28,530 nt of DNA from Macrostomum lignano. Taxonomy: Eukaryota. The stretch covers positions 27,799 to 56,328 of the forward strand of contig NIVC01005014.1 of assembly GCA_002269645.1 (NCBI GenBank), in the 5' to 3' direction. Below are positions 20,843 through 28,530 of this stretch, piece by piece (position 1 is the stretch's first letter; every line of letters begins with the position of its first letter). The notes under the pieces were generated by a model. The model saw only the letters and a program-made list of their open reading frames with translations. It was not told where the DNA came from and did no database searches. The translations under genes were made by a program, and so were the position numbers.

Positions 20843-23800
20843 ATGGTGGACGTCAAGCTGCTGCTGTTGATTACTCTGGTCTTCATGACCAGGAAGACAA
20901 TCGACTGTCACATCGCTGAAGTCGGAGTTAACGCCGGAGATGCCGCTCCTGCTGGACCACAGCCGGGCAGCCGCATCTCTGTGTCGGATGTCGGGAAGAC
21001 TTCGGTAGTGAATGACGCTCGTCAGTCAAGAGTTGATGTGCGAAGGCTCCCACAGAGCAGTCCGCTGTCACGAGAGCGTCGTTCCGTGTCGAACGATCGA
21101 CGCCTGACTAGAGCTTCTGAGCGTCGTTCCGTGTCGAACGACCGACGCCTCTCTAGGGCTTCTGAGCGTCGCGCTGTGTCGACTGACCGACGTCTGACTA
21201 GAGCTGCTGAGCGTCGCGCTGTGTCGACTGACCGTCGTCTGACTAGAGCTGCTAAGCATCGCGCTGTGTCGATGGACCGACGGCTGTCACGAGAGCGTCG
21301 TTCCGTGTCGAACGACCGACGTCTGACTAGGGCTGCTGAGCGTCGCGCAGTGTCGACTGACCGACGTCTGACTAGAGCTGCTGATCGTCGCGCTGTGTCG
21401 ACTGACCGACGTCTGACTAGAGCTGCTGAGCGTCGCGCTGTGTCGACTGACCGACGTCTGACTAGAGCTGCTGAGCGTCGCGTTGTGTCGATGGACCGAC
21501 GGCTGTCACGAGAGCGTCGCTCCGTGTCGAACGACCGACGCCTGACTAGAGCTGCTGAGCGTCGCGCTGTGTCGACTGACCGACGTCTGACTAGAGCTGC
21601 TGAGCGTCGCGCTGTGACGACTGACCGACGGCTGTCACGAGAGCGTCGTTCCGTGTCGAACGACCGACGTCTGACTAGGGCTGCTGAGCGTCGCGCAGTG
21701 TCGACTGACCGACGTCTGACTAGAGCTGCTGAGCGTCGCGCTGTGTCGACTGACCGACGGCTGTCACGAGAGCGTCGTTCTGTGTCGAACGACCGACCTC
21801 TGACTAAGGCTGCTGAGCGTCGCGCTGTGTCGACTGACCGACGTCTGACTAGAGCTGCTGAGCGTCGCGCTGTGTCGACCGACCGACGTCTGACTAGAGC
21901 TGCTGAGCGTCGCGCTGTGTCGATGGACCGACGGCTGTCACGAGAGCGTCGTTCCGTGTCGAACGACCGACGTCTGACTAGAGCTGCTGAGCGTCGCGCT
22001 GTGTCGATGGACCGACGGCTGTCACGAGAGCGTCGCTCCGTGTCGAACGACCGACGCCTGACTAGAGCTGCTGAGCGTCGCGCTGTGTCAACTGACCGAC
22101 GTCTGACTAGAGCTGCTGAGCGTCGCGCTGTGACGACTGACCGACGGCTGACTAGAGCTTCTGAGCGTCGTTCCGTGTCGAACGACCGACGCCTGACTAG
22201 AGCTGCTGAGCGTCGCGCTGTGTCGACTGACCGACGTCTGACTAGAGCTGCTGAGCGTCGCGTTGTGTCGATGGACCGACGGCTGTCACGAGAGCGTCGT
22301 TCCGTGTCGAACGACCGACGCCTAACTAGAGCTGCTGAGCGTCGGGCTGTGTCGACTGACCGACGTCTGACTAGAGCTGCTGAGCGTCGCGCTGTGACGA
22401 CTGACCGACGGCTGTCACGAGAGCGTCGTTCCGTGTCGAACGACCGACGTCTGACTAGGGCTGCTGATCGTCGCGCTGTGTCGACTGACCGACGTCTGAC
22501 TAGAGCTGCTGAGCGTTGCGCTGTGTCGACTGACCGACGTCTGACTAGAGCTGCTGAGCGTCGCGTTGTGTCGATGGACCGACGGCTGTCACGAGAGCGT
22601 CGTTCCGTGTCGAACGACCGACGCCTGACTAGAGCTGCTGAGCGTCGCGCTGTGTCGACTGACCGACGTCTGACTAGAGCTGCTGAGCGTCGCGCTGTGT
22701 CGATGGACCGACGGCTGTCACGAGAGCGTCGTTCCGTGTCGAACGACCGACGTCTGACTAGGGCTGCTGAGCGTCGCGCTGTGTCGACTGACCGACGTCT
22801 GACTAGAGCTGCTGAGCGTCGCGCTGTGTCGACTGACCGACGGCTGTCACGAGAGCCTCGTTCCGTGTCGAACGACCGAGGTCTGACTAGAGCTGCTGAG
22901 CGTCGCGCAGTGTCGACTGACCGACGTCTGACTAGAGCTGCTGAGCGTCGCGCTGTGTCGATGGACCGACGGCTGTCACGAGAGCGTCGTTCCGTGTCGA
23001 ACGACCGACGTCTGACTAAGGCTGCTGAGCGTCACGCTGTGTCGACTGACCGACGTCTGACTAGAGCTGCTGAGCGTCGCGCTGTCTCGACTGACCGACG
23101 TCTGACTAGAGCTGCTGAGCGTCGCGCTGTGTCGACTGACCGACGGCTGTCACGAGAGCGTCGTTCTGTGTCGACTGACCGACGTCTGACTAGAGCTGCT
23201 GAGCGTCGCGCTGTGTCGATGGACCGACGGCTGTCACGAGAGCGTCGTTCCGTGTCGAACGACCGACGTCTGACTAGAGCTGCTGAGCGTCGCGCTGTGT
23301 CGATGGACCGACGGCTGTCACGAGAGCGTCGCTCCGTGTCGAACGACCGACGCCTGACTAGAGCTGCTGAGCGTCGCGCTGTGACGACTGACCGACGGCT
23401 GACTAGAGCTTCTGAGCGTCGTTCCGTGTCGAACGACCGACGCCTCTCTAGGGCTTCTGTGCGTCGCGCTGTGTCGACTGACCGACGTCTGACTAGAGCT
23501 GCTGAGCGTCGCGTTGTGTCGACTGACCGACGGCTGTCACGAGAGCGTCGTTCCGTGTCGAACAACCGACGTCTGACTAGGGCTGCTGAGCGTCGCGCTG
23601 TGTCGACTGACCGACGTTTGACTAGAGCTGCTGAGCGTCGCGCTGTGTCGACTGACCGACGTCTGACTAGAGCTGCTGAGCGTCGCGCTGTGTCGACTGA
23701 CCGACGGCTGTCACGAGAGCGTCGTTCCGTGTCGACTGACCTGCGTCTGACTAGGGCTGCTGAGCGTCGCGCTGTGTCGACTGACCGACGTCTGACTAGA

Positions 23801-25012
23801 GCTGCTGAGCGTCGCGCTGTGTCGACTGACCGACGTCTGACTAGAGCTGCTGAGCGTCGCGTTGTGTCGATGGACCGACGGCTGTCACGAGAACGTCGTT
23901 CCGTGTCGAACGACCGACGCCTGACTAGGGCTGCTGAGCGTCGAGCTGTGTCGACTGACCGACGTCTGACTAGAGCTGCTGAGCGTCGCGTTGTGTCGAT
24001 GGACCGACGGCTGTCACGAGAACGTCGTTCCGTGTCGAACGACCGACGCCTGACTATGGCTGCGGAGCGAGTCCATTTGTCCAAGCAGTCAAAGCGCGTT
24101 ACCAATTTTGGCTCCCAGCCGGTGCTCAGCACAAAATCATCCAGCACTAAGTTCGACGTCGTTATTGAAGAGCCCTCCGTTCTTAACAGCTCTCGACTCA
24201 TCTCACTTGGCAAACCTGATCATCAGACTGTGTCGCTACCGAGTCAGCCGACCGTCAATTTCGACAAGACCTTGTCCACTTTGCTGGCCTCCGACGAACT
24301 GACCCGTCAAGTGCCGAGCGCTTCACTCAAACAGAAGATTCTGTGGCAGATTGGCTCAGCTGTGGGAGCTGTTTCGAGGTGGGTTTCATTGTGTCATCTT
24401 GTAGGGTGAGATTCAGGAACGCTCATAGGTGAGATTCAGGAACGCTCATAGGTGAGATTCAGAAACGCTCATAGGTGAGATTCAGGAATGCTCATAGGTG
24501 AGATTCAGCAATGCTCATAGGTGAGATTCAGGAATGCTCATAGGTGAGATTCAGGAATCTCATAGGTGAGATTCAGGAATGCTCATAGGTGAGATTCAGG
24601 AATGCTCATATATATGGGATTCAGGAATGGTAATATAAAAGATTCGGGAATGTTTCATATTCTGATATAGGAGATTCAGAAATTCAGATATATGAGAATC
24701 AGGAATCTTCATATATGAGATTCAGGAATGCTGATATATCACGAGTTTCAGGAACGCTCATAGCTGTTATTCTGAATAGGCTCCTGTATCTCATCCTTAT
24801 CTTCTAAGGCTGGAATTGAGACGGGATGTCTAATAAAATTTTGATCGAACTGCTTCAACAAATCTAGAAATACGCATGCAGGCACCGAATAATTTAAGCA
24901 CCCGGTTTCATCTTGCAGCTACTCGGCGGACTTCGCCCAATTTGGAATTGCCGGCGGCGCTGCCCTGGTTGCCATGGCAACCAATCGTCGGGGCAAATCG
25001 GTCCTCTGCTAA
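20843..25012 (+). CDS. Putative secreted or surface Arg-rich tandem-repeat protein (~1,210 aa). Exons 20843-24378 (or -24405) and 24919-25012.
   Basis: A pyrimidine tract and CAG acceptor lie directly before ATG 20843. Signal-peptide-like start MVDVKLLLLITLVFMTRKTIDC. About 3 kb of 45-nt and 39-nt units (RRAVSTDRRLTRAAE / RRSVSNDRR / LSRE) with no stop and many synonymous variants, then a unique C-terminal region. Phase-2 donor to acceptor TTGCAG 24918 gives YSADFAQFGIAGGAALVAMATNRRGKSVLC, stop 25010-25012. Confidence 0.7.
24403..24765. repeat. 23-bp minisatellite (AGGTGAGATTCAGGAATGCTCAT) in the last intron of the Arg-rich gene
   Basis: Tandem units, degenerating towards the 3' end. Confidence 0.9.
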
Positions 25013-25601
25013 TTTTGATAACGATTCTATTCGGTGACCTTAAATGACCTATTGGATTTGAACTGGATTGAGAGGATGAAATGTTTAACCAATTAAAACA
25101 AGTTTATCCAACGAGAGGGTTTATTTTTCATTCAATATCAACAACTTTTTGACGTGCTGCATTATTAAAACAAAAAGCAATATTATCGGCTCTTTTTTAT
25201 TTATTTCGACAGAAAAAACTTGGCTTTTTTGTTACAGTAGAAAAAATGATAGATAAAGAAATATCGATAGTTGATCAGATAAAGTCAACTGTTTGTTAGG
25301 AGACGAAATACAACAACAAATCGCTTTTGTTATACTGGAAGATTTTTTTTGAAATGGCAATGTTACTACTGAGCAAGATAAACAAGTAATGCTTTATGTA
25401 CAGATTTTGAATACAAATTACAAAACCCTTTAAAGTTTAAATGAGAAAAACTGTTAAAAGTACTAATTAAATAAAACTAGAAAAATGTACATGAAAATAC
25501 TTATTGTTATTGAATAATGCAAAGTTACATAAATTTGCTTAGACAAGATATACATTAATGTACATAAATGTTATAGTGAGGTATTTGTGGTGATAGTCAA
25601 G

Positions 25602-28290
25602 GAATTCCTCAGGTAAAACTGTGATTCCCAAATTCCTCAGGTAAAACTCTGATCCCCAAATTCCTCAGGTAAAACGATCTGATCCCCAAATTCCTCAGGT
25701 AAAACTCTGATCCCCAAATTCCTCAGGTAAAACGATCTGATCCCCAAATTCCTCAGGTAAAACGATCTGATCCCCAAATTCCTCAGGTAAAACTCTGATC
25801 CCCAAATTCCTCAGGTAAAACTCTTATCCCCAAATTCCTCAGGTAAAACGATCTGATCCCCAAATTCCTCAGGTAAAACTCTGATCCCCAAATTCCTCAG
25901 GTAAAACTCTTATCCCCAAATTCCTCAGGTAAAACGATCTGATCCCCAAATTCCTCAGGTAAAACTCTGATCCCCCAAATTCCTCAGGTAAAACGATCTG
26001 ATCCCCAAATTCCTCAGGTAAAACGATCTGATCCCCAAATTCCTCAGGTTAAACGATCTGATCCCCAAATTCCTCAGGTAAAACTCTTATCCCCAAATTC
26101 CTCAGGTAAAACGATCTGATCCCCAAATTCCTCAGGTAAAACTCTGATCCCCAAATTCCTCAGGTAAAACGATCTGATCCCCAAATTCCTCAGGTAAAAC
26201 GATCTGATCCCCAAATTCCTCAGGTAAAACTCTGATCCCCCAAATTCCTCAGGTAAAACGATCTGATCCCCAAATTCCTCAGGTAAAACGATCTGATCCC
26301 CAAATTCCTCAGGTTAAACGATCTGATCCCCAAATTCCTCAGGTAAAACTCTTATCCCCAAATTCCTCAGGTAAAACGATCTGATCCCCAAATTCCTCAG
26401 GTAAAACTCTGATCCCCCAAATTCCTCAGGTAAAACGATCTGATCCCCAAATTCCTCAGGTAAAACGATCTGATCCCCAAATTCCTCAGGTAAAACGATC
26501 TGATGCCCAAATTCCTCAGGTAAAACGATCTGATGCCCAAATTCCTCAGGTAAAACTCTGATCCCCCAAATTCCTCAGGTAAAACGATCTGATCCCCAAA
26601 TTCCTCATGTAAAACTCTGATCCCCAAATTCCTCAGGTAAAACTCTGATCCCCAAATTCCTCAGGTAAAACTCTGATCCCCAAATTCCTCAGGTAAAACG
26701 ATCTGATCCCCAAATTCCTCAGGTAAAACGATCTGATCCCCAAATTCCTCATGTAAAACTCTGATCCCCAAATTCCTCAGGTAAAACTCTGATCCCCAAA
26801 TTCCTCAGGTAAAACTCTGATCCCCCAAATTCCTCAGGTAAAACTCTGATCCCCAAATTCCTCAGGTAAAACTCTGATCCCCAAATTCCTCAGGTAAAAC
26901 TCTTATCCCCAAATTCCTCAGGTAAAACGATCTGATCCCCAAATTCCTCAGGTAAAACTCTGATCCCCCAAATTCCTCAGGTAAAACGATCTGATCCCCA
27001 AATTCCTCAGGTAAAACGATCTGATCCCCAAATTCCTCAGGTAAAACGATCTGATCCCCAAATTCCTCAGGTAAAACGATCTGATCCCCAAATTCCTCAG
27101 GTAAAACTCTGATCCCCCAAATTCCTCAGGTAAAACGATCTGATCCCCAAATTCCTCATGTAAAACTCTGATCCCCAAATTCCTCAGGTAAAACTCTGAT
27201 CCCCAAATTCCTCAGGTAAAACTCTGATCCCCAAATTCCTCAGGTAAAACGATCTGATCCCAAATTCCTCAGGTAAAACGATCTGATCCCCAAATTCCTC
27301 ATGTAAAACTCTGATCCCCAAATTCCTCAGGTAAAACTCTGATCCCCAAATTCCTCAGGTAAAACTCTTATCCCCAAATTCCTCAGGTAAAACGATCTGA
27401 TCCCCAAATTCCTCAGGTAAAACTCTGATCCCCCAAATTCCTCAGGTAAAACGATCTGATCCCCAAATTCCTCAGGTAAAACGATCTGATCCCCAAATTC
27501 CTCAGGTAAAACTCTGATCCCCAAATTCCTCAGGTAAAACGATCTGATCCCCAAATTCCTCAGGTAAAACACTGATCCCCAAATTCCTCAGGTAAAACTC
27601 TGATCCCCCAAATTCCTCAGGTAAAACTCTGATCCCCCAAATTCCTCAGGTAAAAATCTGATCCCAAATTCCTCAGGTAAAACTCTGATCCCCAAATTCC
27701 TCAGGTAAAACTCTGATCCCCAAATTCCTCAGGTAAAACTCTGATCCCCAAGTTCCTCAAATAAAACTCTGATCCCCAAATTCCTCAGGTAAAACTCTGA
27801 TCCCCCAAGTTCCTCAAATAAAACTCTGATCCCCAAATTCCTCAGGTAAAACTCTGATCCCCCAAATTCCTCATGTAAAACTTTGATCCCCAAATTCCTC
27901 AGGTAAAACTCTTATCCCCAAATTCCTCAGGTAAAACTCTGATCCCCAAATTCCTCAGGTAAAATGATCTGATCCCCAAATTCCTCAGGTAAACTCTGAT
28001 CCCCAAATTCCTCAGGTAAAACTCTGATCCCCAAGTTCCTCAGGTAAAACTCTGATCCCCAAATTCCTCAGGTAAAACTCTGATCCCCAAATTCCTCAGG
28101 TAAAACTCTTATCCCCAAATTCCTCAGGTAAAACTCTGATCCCCAAATTCCTCAGGTAAAACTCTGATCCCAAGTTCCTCAAATAAAACTCTGATCCCCA
28201 AATTCCTCAGGTAAAACAATCTGATCCCCAAATTCCTCAGGTTAAACTCTGATCCCCAATTCCTCAGGTAAAACTCTGATCCCCAAATTC
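25602..28290. repeat. 28/30-bp satellite (GATCCCCAAATTCCTCAGGTAAAAC[TCT/GATCT]) with a higher-order duplication
   Basis: About 90 units. Identical minus-strand ORFs at 26397 and 26948 mark a 551-bp block duplication. Confidence 0.95.
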
Positions 28291-28366
28291 CCCTGCTGAA
28301 CGTTAAATTCTGATCCTAAAAATTAGTCACAATTGATTAAGATATAATTACCTACTTAGCTAATAT

Positions 28367-28530
28367 TCAAGCCCTTAGATTTTCGTTAGCAATTCGCTCA
28401 ACAGCCTCCACGTCGCGGTCACCTGACCGCTGTTGTGGAAACTGACTGTGGTGTCGACGGCGCCGCTCGCAGCTGCCGCAACTCCGCCAGGCCATGTACA
28501 TCAACGCGATGGCCACGTTGATGCAGGCCA
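28367..28530 (-). CDS. C-terminal fragment of an unidentified membrane protein, continuing beyond the window
   Basis: GC-rich, exon-like sequence. Minus frame ACINVAIALMYMAWRSCGSCERRRRHHSQFPQQRSGDRDVEAVERIANENLRA*, a hydrophobic helix followed by a basic tail. Stop at 28367-28369. Confidence 0.6.
   Translation of the reverse strand, partial: ACINVAIALMYMAWRSCGSCERRRRHHSQFPQQRSGDRDVEAVERIANENLRA

Noticed and set aside
21064-24057. Identity with a known flatworm adhesive protein, protamine or SR protein
   Set aside because: The repeats lack the Lys/Gly/His content I associate with the described Macrostomum cationic adhesive protein. There is no RRM or RS dipeptide tract, and a signal peptide argues against a protamine.
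23032-24213. 393-aa antisense ORF within the Arg-rich repeat
   Set aside because: It is a by-product of CG-rich, palindrome-rich repeat codons. It has no credible splice or targeting features and is closed by single-base variants.
4469-28290. Many long low-complexity ORFs in the track (PQLLGQPP, SLCLYL, AIPHEPLG, SQILKQSLT, VCLS, HHCTFTSF, DIDMESC, YLRNLGIRS and others)
   Set aside because: They are translations of minisatellites lying in introns or spacers. They are open in several frames or strands at once and have no unique coding flanks or splice support.
4478-28290. CRISPR-like regular repeats of 21-36 bp
   Set aside because: Units are head-to-tail with no unique spacers, there are no cas genes, and the context is eukaryotic and spliced.

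Overview
Eukaryotic (animal) genomic DNA with compact, GC-rich exons and introns filled with tandem repeats. This style suggests a free-living flatworm such as Macrostomum (inference, not verified). Genes on the + strand: (1) an intronless invertebrate claudin (pickel/Megatrachea-like); (2) a 3-exon Golgi PAP phosphatase (IMPAD1/BPNT2); (3) a 3-exon PIGL; (4) a 4-exon PIGW; (5) a gene for a ~1,200-aa protein with a signal peptide and about 70 Arg-rich repeats. The 3' end of an unidentified membrane-protein gene lies on the - strand at the right edge. A 5'-truncated RTE-like retrotransposon sits inside a minisatellite in PIGW intron 3, and about 14 different tandem-repeat arrays account for most ORFs in the supplied track. 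Main findings: PIGL and PIGW, which catalyse consecutive steps of GPI-anchor synthesis, abut or overlap by 26 nt with no room for a normal 3' end or promoter. IMPAD1 and PIGL both lack a usable genomic ATG but have an in-frame AG acceptor just before their signal anchors, which fits an initiator AUG donated by the flatworm spliced leader. The shared PIGL/PIGW junction exon is flanked by inverted (TCTG)n and (CAGA)n arrays. Together these suggest a trans-spliced IMPAD1-PIGL-PIGW operon with unusual processing. All gene models were derived by eye and need transcript confirmation.
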